Positions 1-8,951 of a DNA stretch of 34,679 nucleotides are shown piece by piece (position 1 is the stretch's first letter; every line of letters starts with the position of its first letter). The position numbers were made by a program, and so were the translations under genes. Location: contig JABCSY010000040.1 of NCBI GenBank assembly GCA_018238625.1, forward strand, positions 1 through 34,679, in the 5' to 3' direction. The notes under the pieces are model-generated. The model did no database searches. It was not told where the DNA came from and saw only the letters and a list, made by a program, of their open reading frames with translations. The DNA comes from Promethearchaeota archaeon. GTDB taxonomy: Archaea > Asgardarchaeota > Lokiarchaeia > Sigyniarchaeales > SOKP01.

Positions 1-837
1 CAAATGATTAAATGGAATGTGGATTATTTTTTCTCCCGCTCCTTCACTCTTTAATTTAAAAATTACGTCTTCCTTAATGTTAATTTTTTCAATATCAGAA
101 AATTTTATGTTAAAATCTTTTTCAAATTTCGTTATTTGATTCTTTTCAAAAAAGAAGTTTTCATAACAGAATAAGCCAAGACATATCTCCACATTTTCAG
201 AAGGAGTCACTCCTAAATCTTGCATACACCGGATCGTGTATAATTGACAAGGGGTACCTACTACCGCTAGTTTTTTGAATTTATAATGATTAAGTTCTGG
301 AATTGAATGAGTGTAAGTACTAAACTTCTGTATCTCGTCTAATTGAGGCGAAATATCCAATTTAGCTCCAGAAGATTTTATTAAATCAGGTTTGTTATCG
401 GCAAAAGCTGCTTCTCTGGAAAAAGGAGCGTCAGTTCTCGAAACAATTGCTCCATCAACCATTTTTTTTTCTACTAAATAATTTATTATTGAGTTCACTA
501 CACCGCCATCAGTCCCGTATTCTAAGAACTCCTTATCGGTAGCTTGGCAAGAATATATATCTTCATAGTATCCAATTGGCATAGAAGAGAAATCAGAGAA
601 TTTATAAGTTTTGTTGAGGTCATCGTCTAAAACATGTGTTTGTGGACAAATATAATAACATATTCCACATTCTAGGCATTTATCTTCGTTAATATATATG
701 GGAGGCGAATATTGATCTTTAAATCCAATAACATCGAATTCTGCCGAACTACAAAAAGAAACGCAGCCCCCACATTCTTGACAAATGCCTCTATCGTGTA
801 CTTCCTTTATTAGATCCTGAAACGATTTAGTGCTCAT
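1..837 (-). CDS. FrhB/FdhB-family (F420 hydrogenase/dehydrogenase beta subunit-like) protein with N-terminal 2x[4Fe-4S] ferredoxin; 3' end runs off the window
   Basis: Not in the ORF track. ATG at 837 overlaps the upstream stop, and the frame is open to position 1. Translation MSTKSFQDLIKEVHDRGICQECGGCVSFC...CLECGICYYICPQ...GTDGGVVNSII...VVGTPCQ...LGLFCYENF has the typical FrhB motifs DGG, GTPCQ and GLFC. Confidence 0.9.
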   Translation of the reverse strand, partial: MSTKSFQDLIKEVHDRGICQECGGCVSFCSSAEFDVIGFKDQYSPPIYINEDKCLECGICYYICPQTHVLDDDLNKTYKFSDFSSMPIGYYEDIYSCQATDKEFLEYGTDGGVVNSIINYLVEKKMVDGAIVSRTDAPFSREAAFADNKPDLIKSSGAKLDISPQLDEIQKFSTYTHSIPELNHYKFKKLAVVGTPCQLYTIRCMQDLGVTPSENVEICLGLFCYENFFFEKNQITKFEKDFNIKFSDIEKINIKEDVIFKLKSEGAGEKIIHIPFNHL

Positions 838-2335
838 CTTGATTCTCTTTCAAATTTATTGATTTACATTTTTTTCGTTTAATTCCACCAATTTTTTCCA
901 CTAGAAATTGGCCGGGCTTTACATCCTTTAAACTGTTAGATTCGATTAATCCTGCTTTAACTATATCGTTATATAGTTTATCTGCATCTTTCGATCTCGT
1001 TATTACAGAAGACCATCCATCTTGCGACCCAATCGATCCTACAGAAATGTCGGCGTAATCTGACGTTAGATCTTCACAAAAATGACAATTATCGCGCGCG
1101 TATTTTTGCACTTCTTTAAGAGGTACATCCATTTGCTCTCCAGATTTCAAGTTTATAATAAATTTACCGCCTCCAATATTCATTTTGGTTAGTTCGTTTA
1201 TGTCCTTGTTAAACTGTTCTTTAGCTAAATTAATTATTCCATCGTAAGGAAATGATTCCATGCAAAAAAGCCCGATTTTGTACTTGATATTATTAAAAAA
1301 GGGTAACCCACTTGGAAACATAGTCCCCTTTTCTATAGCTTTCATCATGCAAGGAACTCCTACGAAAGCTATCTTCTCGTATTTCTTACATTGATCTATG
1401 ATGGTTAAAGAAGGCGAATTTGCATATTTGGTTCCACCCGTTTTATATAAATCTTTCACATTCTCTACTATTATAGGCTCTGGTCTCCACAATTCCTCAG
1501 AGTGCTGCACAGCTACAATTGCATCGACAAGATTATTATCTAAAAGATATTCCAAGATAGAAGTTACAATACCACCATCTTGACGGACTTTCTTAATACC
1601 ATCTTTAGTCGTTGATGCTGAGTAAGCGTTAATGTAAGCTCCCGTTTTGTCAGACCATCTTAAAGATTTGTCTAACTTTTTAATGCTTTCGTTAGCTTGG
1701 TCTATCGAAAAGGAACGAGGACAGACCGAAAAACACAACCCACATTTCATGCAAACGTCTTCGTCAATTTCAAGAGTGTCTGCCGTCACTACGATGGCGT
1801 TTACAGGACAGATCGCAGAGCACCATCCACATTGACAACAGACTCCCGCGTTAAAAACTATAGAAACAGGTTCAAAATAATACTCAATAAAATCGTCTGG
1901 TAAATCTCTTACTTGGTACCTGTAAAAGAATTCCTTTACTTCAACTTCTTTTTCTTCTCCCTTGATTTTTTTTATAACCGTTTTAGTCTTGATTTCCACG
2001 TGTTCCTGAACGTATCCTTGTTCTTTTAGATAAATAACATCTCTAATAACATTTTCAGGAGGGAAGTCTTTGACGATCTTTACTATTTCTTCTAAAAATA
2101 ACGGCTTATTACCCGTTAATTCTTTTAGTACTAATTTCCGCTCAGTTTCTGCATCTATCATAGCATCAAGGATTTCGTAAAATTCGTTTTCAGAAAATTT
2201 ACCTACTTTCAATATCTCTTCTTTTGCTTCAAAAAAAGCTCTTACTTGAAAGTTTCCCGAAGCTTGATAAGTAGCTTCCATTAAGTCTTTAGGAGAGATT
2301 CCCTTAAACAACTTGCTATTTACAACTTGAACCAT
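827..2335 (-). CDS. FrhB/FdhB-family protein with ~150-aa N-terminal helical/winged-helix-like extension and a 2x[4Fe-4S] ferredoxin
   Basis: Motifs CCQCGWCSAICP, CMKCGLCFSVCP, QDGGIVTS, GGTKY, VGVPCM, IGLFCMESF and CHFCEDLTSDYADISVGSIGS. Confidence 0.9.
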   Translation of the reverse strand: MVQVVNSKLFKGISPKDLMEATYQASGNFQVRAFFEAKEEILKVGKFSENEFYEILDAMIDAETERKLVLKELTGNKPLFLEEIVKIVKDFPPENVIRDVIYLKEQGYVQEHVEIKTKTVIKKIKGEEKEVEVKEFFYRYQVRDLPDDFIEYYFEPVSIVFNAGVCCQCGWCSAICPVNAIVVTADTLEIDEDVCMKCGLCFSVCPRSFSIDQANESIKKLDKSLRWSDKTGAYINAYSASTTKDGIKKVRQDGGIVTSILEYLLDNNLVDAIVAVQHSEELWRPEPIIVENVKDLYKTGGTKYANSPSLTIIDQCKKYEKIAFVGVPCMMKAIEKGTMFPSGLPFFNNIKYKIGLFCMESFPYDGIINLAKEQFNKDINELTKMNIGGGKFIINLKSGEQMDVPLKEVQKYARDNCHFCEDLTSDYADISVGSIGSQDGWSSVITRSKDADKLYNDIVKAGLIESNSLKDVKPGQFLVEKIGGIKRKKCKSINLKENQDEH

Positions 2336-2379
2336 ATTTCCTTCATTTACCTATTTATTTAATACAGATTTTAACAAAT

Positions 2380-2436
2380 TAAAATTTAATTAAACTCCCA
2401 CCTTCGCAGGGTAAGTCATCTTATAACTAAAATTTT
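2380..2436 (-). promoter_or_regulatory. Candidate SECIS element (AUGA...GA core) in the mvhD 3' intergenic region
   Basis: Minus-strand RNA AAAAUUUUAGUUAUAAG-AUGA-CUUACCCU-GCGA-AGGUGG-GA-GUUUAAUUAAAUUUU. It is a GC-rich hairpin in an AT-rich spacer with an AUGA/GA kink-turn-like core, directly 3' of genes carrying in-frame UGAs. Folded by eye; the upper stem is imperfect. Confidence 0.65.
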
Positions 2437-2447
2437 TTTTATAAGAT

Positions 2448-2906
2448 TCATTCTTCTACGGGAGTAGTTAGTGTTTTTTGTTTTATTTTTTTAATATCCA
2501 TGCTTTTTAACGGATTGGGTCCAGATCTCTTTACCTTTTCGTACGCATCCTCGACGCTTTTAACAAACTTTTCTGCTTCAGCACTACTTAGCCAATACAT
2601 ATTAACTCTTCGACTACCGAATCCTCGCTTTTCCAAAATTCTATTAGCAAAATCAACATGTCTTTGGGCGTTAAAATTTCCTTCTTTAAACTGACATTCA
2701 TTTGGGCGTCATCCAACAACCATAACTCCGTCAGCTCCAGCTTTTATGCTATATAAGATGTGCTTTACATCGACTCTTCCAGTGCATCTTACTTTAATAA
2801 TCTTTACTGATGCTGTATATTTCATACGAGAGACCCCTGCTAAATCTGCAGCGCTGTATCCTCACTTTAAACAAGCAAATATTACAATTTTATAATTATT
2901 CTCCAT
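2448..2906 (-). CDS. mvhD: MvhD/VhuD [2Fe-2S] hydrogenase iron-sulfur subunit, selenoprotein with 2 Sec (152 aa)
   Basis: ATG at 2906, 5 nt after the hdrA stop and preceded by GAGGT. Translation MENNYKIVIFACLK-U-GYSAADLAGVSRMKY...VRCTGRVD...GADGVMVVG-U-RPNECQFKEGN...WLSSAEAEKF. UGA at 2864-2862 (U15) and 2711-2709 (U66), at conserved Cys positions of MvhD. Confidence 0.93.
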
Positions 2907-2911
2907 TCTGT

Positions 2912-4852
2912 TTAACCTCTTTCTAAAATTCCATCAATTTCAGTAAATAGTTGATAATCTCGATAATATCTAATGTCTATTGCTTGAGTGGGACAACATG
3001 TAACGCAAATCCCGCACCCATCGCAATTTATCTCGTCTACAACAGCACCTTCGTCGCCAACAACCGTAATTGCGTTTTTTGGGCATGCTTTTTCGCACCT
3101 TTTACACGAAATACAGAGCTCGTTATTAACTTCAGCGGTTATTAGTTCAATATCTATTTTTCCAGGGGCGGTTAATTCAGCTACTTTACTTGCAGCTGCA
3201 CTTGCTTGAGAAACCGAATACGCAATATTTTTTGGTCCTTGAGCAAACCCAGCTATAAAAATTCCCTTAGTATTAGTCTCTACTGGCATCAATCCAAAGT
3301 GAGCTTCTGTTAAAAATCCGTTTGTATCGACATCTAAGTTTAATACTTTAGCTATTTGCTCTGTACCTTTTGATGGTAATGCCGCTGTAGATAAAACGAC
3401 TAAATCCGCGCTAATCTTAATGATTTCGTCAGTTAAAGACGAATAAACTCGAACATTTACGTTTTTAGTCTTAGGATCTTCAGTAATTTCGCCAACCTTT
3501 CCCCGGATCATCCTAATATCAGAATCTTTAGCTCGTTGATAATATTCTTCGAATCCTTTTTCGTTCGTTCTTATGTCTATGTAACAAATGGTAATGTTCG
3601 CGTCCGGAAACTCTTCTTTAAGCAACTTTCCGTTTTTCAACGATAACATACAACAAACGCCACTACAATAAGGTCTTTCCGTGTTACGACTCCCCACGCA
3701 TTGAATAAACACAATTTCTTTAGGTTTTTTGACGTCCGAAATTCTATGGACATGACCTTCTAATGGACCATTCGGTGCTAAGATTCTTTCGAGTTGGGCT
3801 TGTTGAATCACATTTTCGAACTTTCCGTACCCGTATTCTCCAAATGGTTCGTAAATATCCCATCCAGTTGCGATTATTATCGTTCCTACATTAAACATAA
3901 CTTCTTCGGGTACTTGACTGAAATCAATGGCATCTAACTCGCAAGCATCCACACAACTAAAACATTCAACGCATACATCTCTATTAACGTCGTACAAGAA
4001 AGGTACTGCCTGTCCAAACGCTATATCAATTGCTTTTCTCACCCCTAAGTTTTCGTCAAAATAATTCGAAGTATATACCGGACACACTTCAGAACAGGCA
4101 CCACAACCATTACAATCGTTATTTACGTAACGCGGCTTCTTCTCAACGGTGATTTTATAATTTCCGACATATCCTTCAACCTCTTTCACTTCGCTATAGC
4201 TTAGAATCTCGATATTTTCGTGGCGATTGACTTCAAGCATTTTGGGTCCACAGATTCAAATTGAACAGTCGTCGGTTGGGAAGGTTCTATCTAACTGAGA
4301 CATCCTTCCTCCGATTGTGGTATTTTTCTCGACTAAATAAACTTTTATCCCTCCATTCGCTAGGTCTAATGCGGCGTTCATCCCAGCTATTCCTCCGCCA
4401 ACCACTAAGGTTGCTTTTTCAACGGGAACTGTTCTTATAGGGATGGCCTCCAAACATTTTGCTCTATTGATTCCTCCATTAACCAAGATTTTTGCTTTTT
4501 CTAAAGCTTCTTCGTTATCTTCAGTACACCAAGCACAATGTTCTCTTACATTAACCATTTGAAAAAAGTAAGGATTCGCAGCGGTCTTAGCGAGTGATGC
4601 CCTGTAAATTGGTTCGTGTGTCCTAGGCGTTCAAGCAGAAGCTACAATACAATTTAAGTTTTTTTCTTCTATATCTTTGACTATCTCGTTTTGACCGCTT
4701 TCTGTTCATAGAAAGGCATGAGTTTTAGAAATTACAACATCATCAATACCTTTAGCAAATTCTACTAACTCGTCGCAATCAACTTTACTACGTATGTTAA
4801 TTCCTCACTGGCATGAATAGTATCCAATCCGATGATTTTCAGATTTTTCCAT
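2912..4852 (-). CDS. hdrA: Heterodisulfide reductase subunit A (FAD, Fe-S), selenoprotein with 4 Sec (646 aa)
   Basis: One frame from ATG 4852 to TAA 2912 joins the two ORF-track fragments. UGA at 4807-4805 (YSCQ-U16-GINI), 4708-4706 (FL-U49-TESGQ), 4633-4631 (ASA-U74-TPRTHE) and 4258-4256 (TFPTDDCSI-U199-ICGPKM). Also GGGIAG FAD motif, IQCVGSR, YCSGVCC and two ferredoxin domains. Confidence 0.95.
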
Positions 4853-4863
4853 TTTTTTTCTTA

Positions 4864-4872
4864 CTCCACCTC
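4864..4872 (-). promoter_or_regulatory. Shine-Dalgarno-like sequence of hdrA
   Basis: GAGGTGGAG ends 11 nt before ATG 4852, supporting this upstream start. Confidence 0.6.
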
Positions 4873-4922
4873 AAGTTTTACAATTTTGATTTTCTATTTA
4901 ATTGTCAATTAATTTTCGATAC

Positions 4923-4942
4923 ATTAGATCGAAAGATCTAAT
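4923..4942. promoter_or_regulatory. Perfect inverted repeat upstream of hdrA (candidate operator or hairpin)
   Basis: ATTAGATC-GAAA-GATCTAAT, about 70 bp upstream of the hdrA start. Confidence 0.4.
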
Positions 4943-5110
4943 TTATTTTATTATAGATTATTTTAATTTTTATATTATTAATAATTATATTTTTTTCTAT
5001 TTAACGGTAAAAGTTAATTTAATAACATAATCAGTAAAATAAGAATCAAATCGAAAATATTCGCAAAAAGGATAATTGAAGAGAAGTTTATATAAAGAGA
5101 AGTAATAAAT

Positions 5111-6256
5111 TTAGCTTAGCGATTGAGTTTGATTTATGGTCGTTAAATCGCTTCTTTTTTCGACTAAATTAGAAGTTAATTCTTCCAACGTCTCGATTTT
5201 TCTTTCTAAAAGTTCGATCCTATCAAAATTAGTTGAAAGAATTTTTCTAATTAATTTATTTTCCGAAACTGTAAATGCTCCAGCTTTCTTCTTAAAAAAT
5301 CTAAACCTTTTGTAAAATTCCGATTTTTTCAAGAGATTCAATCGAATTATCCATTTAACCATTGGCACAAAACGTCTTTTAGTTCGTACTTTTTTTTCAA
5401 CTTCTTTATAATAATCGTTAAGCGTGTGTCGTTGGTAATGTAATAGGTTTTCGGACTTCTGAGTGTCGCAAAAGCCACAATGGAAATCTTTTACAGCAAA
5501 TCCTTCTTTAGGTAAAAAATTTGGACCTAGCCCAAAAATTTCCATCATATCATTAAGGTACTCTCTATAAGTTATTCTACATCTATCTCCGCCAGCTATA
5601 TTGAACGTATCACCCCATACTCCATCGCTCTCAACAGCGTTAGCGAGCGCTAGTCCAACATCTTTAGTATCGCAAATTTCGATTGAAGTATCTAAAGGCA
5701 TATGAAACATCAATGGGTCCATATTTAACTTGTTTACAGAAGTAATATATGTCAATCTAAATATTGCAAAATCTACACCCGAATCCCTTATCAATTTTTC
5801 CGCATTAATTTTAGTTAAAGCATAATAATCTCCGCGACTTGGAGCGAGGATGTCAGTAGTTTTAATCATTGGGTTATCTAATCTATCTCCGTAAACCGCA
5901 ATTGAACTAGTAAAAATTAATTTTGGTTTTTTGACTTGATTTTTTATCGCATTGAGCAAATTTTTAGTTCCTCCAACATTTACGGCGTCAGCTAAGCTTG
6001 TGTTATCATCAGCTAAAGGTGGAATAATGGCTGCTAAATGAATAATAACATCTTGTTCTTTAACTGCGCTTTCCACGTCTTCTTTACTTCTAAGGTCGCC
6101 CCAAACAATATCAATCTTGTTTTTGAATTTTTTAGCTACTTTTCTATTTTTCCGGTTATATACTTCAAATACTCTAACATTTAAACCTTTATACAGTAAT
6201 TCTTTTAATGTACTTAACCCAACATTTCCAAACGCACCTGTTAGTAAAATATTCAT
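5111..6256 (-). CDS. NAD(P)-dependent epimerase/dehydratase (extended SDR)
   Basis: TGAFGNVG Rossmann motif, HLAA, FTSSIAVYG and catalytic YALTK (YxxxK). Confidence 0.88.
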   Translation of the reverse strand: MNILLTGAFGNVGLSTLKELLYKGLNVRVFEVYNRKNRKVAKKFKNKIDIVWGDLRSKEDVESAVKEQDVIIHLAAIIPPLADDNTSLADAVNVGGTKNLLNAIKNQVKKPKLIFTSSIAVYGDRLDNPMIKTTDILAPSRGDYYALTKINAEKLIRDSGVDFAIFRLTYITSVNKLNMDPLMFHMPLDTSIEICDTKDVGLALANAVESDGVWGDTFNIAGGDRCRITYREYLNDMMEIFGLGPNFLPKEGFAVKDFHCGFCDTQKSENLLHYQRHTLNDYYKEVEKKVRTKRRFVPMVKWIIRLNLLKKSEFYKRFRFFKKKAGAFTVSENKLIRKILSTNFDRIELLERKIETLEELTSNLVEKRSDLTTINQTQSLS

Positions 6257-6354
6257 ATAAATCTCCCTTTAAACCTTAAATTTTTTTTTTTATTTTTTAA
6301 AAATAAAACAAAATCCCTATAAAAAAAGAATTAATACTTACTAAAGAGTTGAAT

Positions 6355-6370
6355 TGTTGCGATCGCAACA
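6355..6370. promoter_or_regulatory. 16-bp perfect palindrome, candidate operator between divergent genes
   Basis: TGTTGCGATCGCAACA is self-complementary and GC-rich within an AT-rich divergent intergenic region. Confidence 0.55.
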
Positions 6371-6433
6371 CATAATAATGTGCATTTATACTTCAAATTA
6401 AAGAAAGAATTACTCGTAGATGGTTTTAATTTA

Positions 6434-7114
6434 ATGAAAATTATACGATTACAAATACCGGGAAACTTTTTGGAATATGTGGGGTTTGCCGATTTATTGC
6501 AAAATCTCGAATTTATTGAAATTTTAAACGCTTTTCAGTACGACCAAAACCACTTCTTTGCTCTTCAGCGAATACAATTTAAGCCAAATACAATAACGAA
6601 CTTGGAAGAATTTATTAAAACTAAGTTTAATCCACAATCTTTCCATTTATTAAACCAAACTGGAAACGAGATAATTTGCATTATGAATCAAAATAATACT
6701 TCGGGGTTTTTTCCGATCGTCGATTCTGGACCGTGGGCTTTTCTATTTCCTATTCATATTTCACAGGAACATCTATTAATTAATATGATTTCTCAAAATG
6801 AATACATTAAGCAGTTATTTAAAGTTATTTCCTCATTTACAGAAAATTATAAAATTATTGGAATGACCGATTTAGATAAAATAGATCGCGTTGACGAAAC
6901 TATTTGGAAATCCGCTATTCCTTTCCCTAACTTTACAAAAAGACAACAAGAGGTTGCATCTTACGCCGCTAAAAATGGGTTTTTTAAATCACCAAAAAAG
7001 ATTAGCGCAACTCAAATAGCTAAACATTTCAAAATATCAGAATCTGCCGTAAATCGTCATTTAAAAGAAGCGAGGAACCTATCTATGGAGTATTTTTTTG
7101 GTAATTTTTTTTAG
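6434..7114 (+). CDS. Transcriptional regulator with C-terminal Bat-type (HTH_10) helix-turn-helix
   Basis: C-terminus FTKRQQEVASYAAKNGFFKSPKKISATQIAKHFKISESAVNRHLKEA matches the archaeal Bat-like HTH pattern. ATG 6434 preferred over GTG 6380. Confidence 0.8.
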   Translation: MKIIRLQIPGNFLEYVGFADLLQNLEFIEILNAFQYDQNHFFALQRIQFKPNTITNLEEFIKTKFNPQSFHLLNQTGNEIICIMNQNNTSGFFPIVDSGPWAFLFPIHISQEHLLINMISQNEYIKQLFKVISSFTENYKIIGMTDLDKIDRVDETIWKSAIPFPNFTKRQQEVASYAAKNGFFKSPKKISATQIAKHFKISESAVNRHLKEARNLSMEYFFGNFF

Positions 7115-7222
7115 ACTCGGTGCAACTAAATTGAAAATATTTTTATAAGCTAACAACCTAAAATGTAAATATAATAAAGAAAATAAAATAATTTACTTGT
7201 TAAAATTAAATCTTATTCTACT

Positions 7223-8824
7223 ATGATTGATCCAAAACCTTCACCACAAGAAATATTTGAGAAAAGGGAGGAATTTGGGTTAGAAAATTCAATTAAATTG
7301 TTAACTGATATTGTTGAAACTGAAAAAGATTACGGTAAAAGGAAAGGAGCGGTAAAATATTTAGGATTAGTAAGTAGGGAAGTTCCCTCGCTGAAGAAAG
7401 AATGTTTTAGCACATTAGAAAATGTATTAATATCTGAAGACGGTATTGAAATTAAATGCGAAGCTGCGAAAGCTTTAGGTAAACTGAGGTTTGATAAAGC
7501 TTTAAAGCCGTTGATGTGGATATTGGAACAAAAATTGGATAATATGGAAGTTAAATTAGCTGTTTTGAAAGCTATAAAGAAAATAAAATTCGAAGAACCT
7601 CAGATAAACCTGTTTATCAATGAATTAGATTCACATTATAATTCTATTAAAGACTTTGTCAAAAACCAATTATTAAGTATAGGACCAGAAATTCTAATAA
7701 AATCGTTATTGATTTATTTAAAAAGCGAAAACATCTCAAATGAACACAAATCAGAGATAATTAAACTTATAGGATACGAATTGTCGAGCATTAACGTTTC
7801 TTTTGAGGATATTAGTTATCTAAGGGTTAAGTATCCGGAAGTTATCTCTAATTTGCTTCAAAACAAACAGCTTTTATTAGATGAAATTACTCGAATTTTA
7901 AAAGAATTAGATTCTGAATTAATGGATTCTGCGGTTTCGATTCTAAAATTATTAGGTCCTGATATTAAGCAGGATGTGATAAGATTATTACTGAGCGATG
8001 ATTTTATCGTCAAAAAGAATGCAATAACCCTTACCGGAAAATTAAAGTTAATAGATGCTGTAGATTTCTTAACACAGAATTTGGATAATATCTATAACGA
8101 AGTAAGCATAGCTACAATTGAAGCTTTGGGAGAGATCGGGGACCTTTCGGCAGTTCCCGAAATGCTAGGCATATTAGACATAGAAGATATTAGCTTCGAG
8201 TACACCGATCTGGATATGAAGCTTTACATAATAGACGCAATAAAAAAGATTTATCTGAGTAATAAAAACGCTGATTACGATTCCCTATTTTCGTACTTAA
8301 ATTCAGATAACGATACGATCAAAGAAAGCATTGCGTTTATTCTGGGAGAAATTGGAAATGAGGAATTTGTCAAACCACTAAGAAGTTTGTTAAAGAATAG
8401 AAATTTGGATGTTAAAAAAAACACAATAATCGCTCTTGGAAAAATAGGAAACATTGAACCTGTTGGCGACCTAATAGACATTTTAGAGAATCCTGAATCA
8501 TATTGGCTTATAAAAAAAGTAGCAATAGATGCTATCTATAATATTTTTCAAAGAAATTGGTATAAAGTAAAAGACGATGATGTAGAATTAAAAAGTACTT
8601 TAATTAAAGATGTTGCAATTATAATAGATTACTTAAAAAGAAGCGATGACGAAAATTTCAAAGTTAAAGTAAGTTTAATAAAATTTTTAGAAATATTTGG
8701 AGAAAAACACGCTTTAAGCGCCTTACTATTGAGAGTAAACGATTTTCCTCGAATAGTGCGCATTCATGCCTCAAATGCTATTAAAAAAATAGAAGAGAAA
8801 CTGGAACTTGAAAATGCAGAATGA
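7223..8824 (+). CDS. HEAT/PBS-lyase repeat protein
   Basis: Repeated alpha-solenoid motifs: EAAKALGKL, ATIEALGEIGD, IAFILGEIGN, TIIALGKIGN. Confidence 0.85.
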   Translation: MIDPKPSPQEIFEKREEFGLENSIKLLTDIVETEKDYGKRKGAVKYLGLVSREVPSLKKECFSTLENVLISEDGIEIKCEAAKALGKLRFDKALKPLMWILEQKLDNMEVKLAVLKAIKKIKFEEPQINLFINELDSHYNSIKDFVKNQLLSIGPEILIKSLLIYLKSENISNEHKSEIIKLIGYELSSINVSFEDISYLRVKYPEVISNLLQNKQLLLDEITRILKELDSELMDSAVSILKLLGPDIKQDVIRLLLSDDFIVKKNAITLTGKLKLIDAVDFLTQNLDNIYNEVSIATIEALGEIGDLSAVPEMLGILDIEDISFEYTDLDMKLYIIDAIKKIYLSNKNADYDSLFSYLNSDNDTIKESIAFILGEIGNEEFVKPLRSLLKNRNLDVKKNTIIALGKIGNIEPVGDLIDILENPESYWLIKKVAIDAIYNIFQRNWYKVKDDDVELKSTLIKDVAIIIDYLKRSDDENFKVKVSLIKFLEIFGEKHALSALLLRVNDFPRIVRIHASNAIKKIEEKLELENAE

Positions 8825-8951
8825 ACCGTTTTTTTATCGAAAGCAAGCGATTATTTTTTAATAAATTTTATTATTAGTAATCCATTTCCATTACATAGAT
8901 CTACAAACAAATAAATTAAACTAATACAGAGTTTTTGATGATTAATTAACT

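Noticed and set aside
2448-4852. hdrA/mvhD as pseudogenes, or genome-wide UGA reassignment
   Set aside because: All six internal stops are TGA at Cys columns with no frameshifts. Other genes lack internal TGA, use TGG for Trp, and some end in TGA (8822-8824, 16113-16115).
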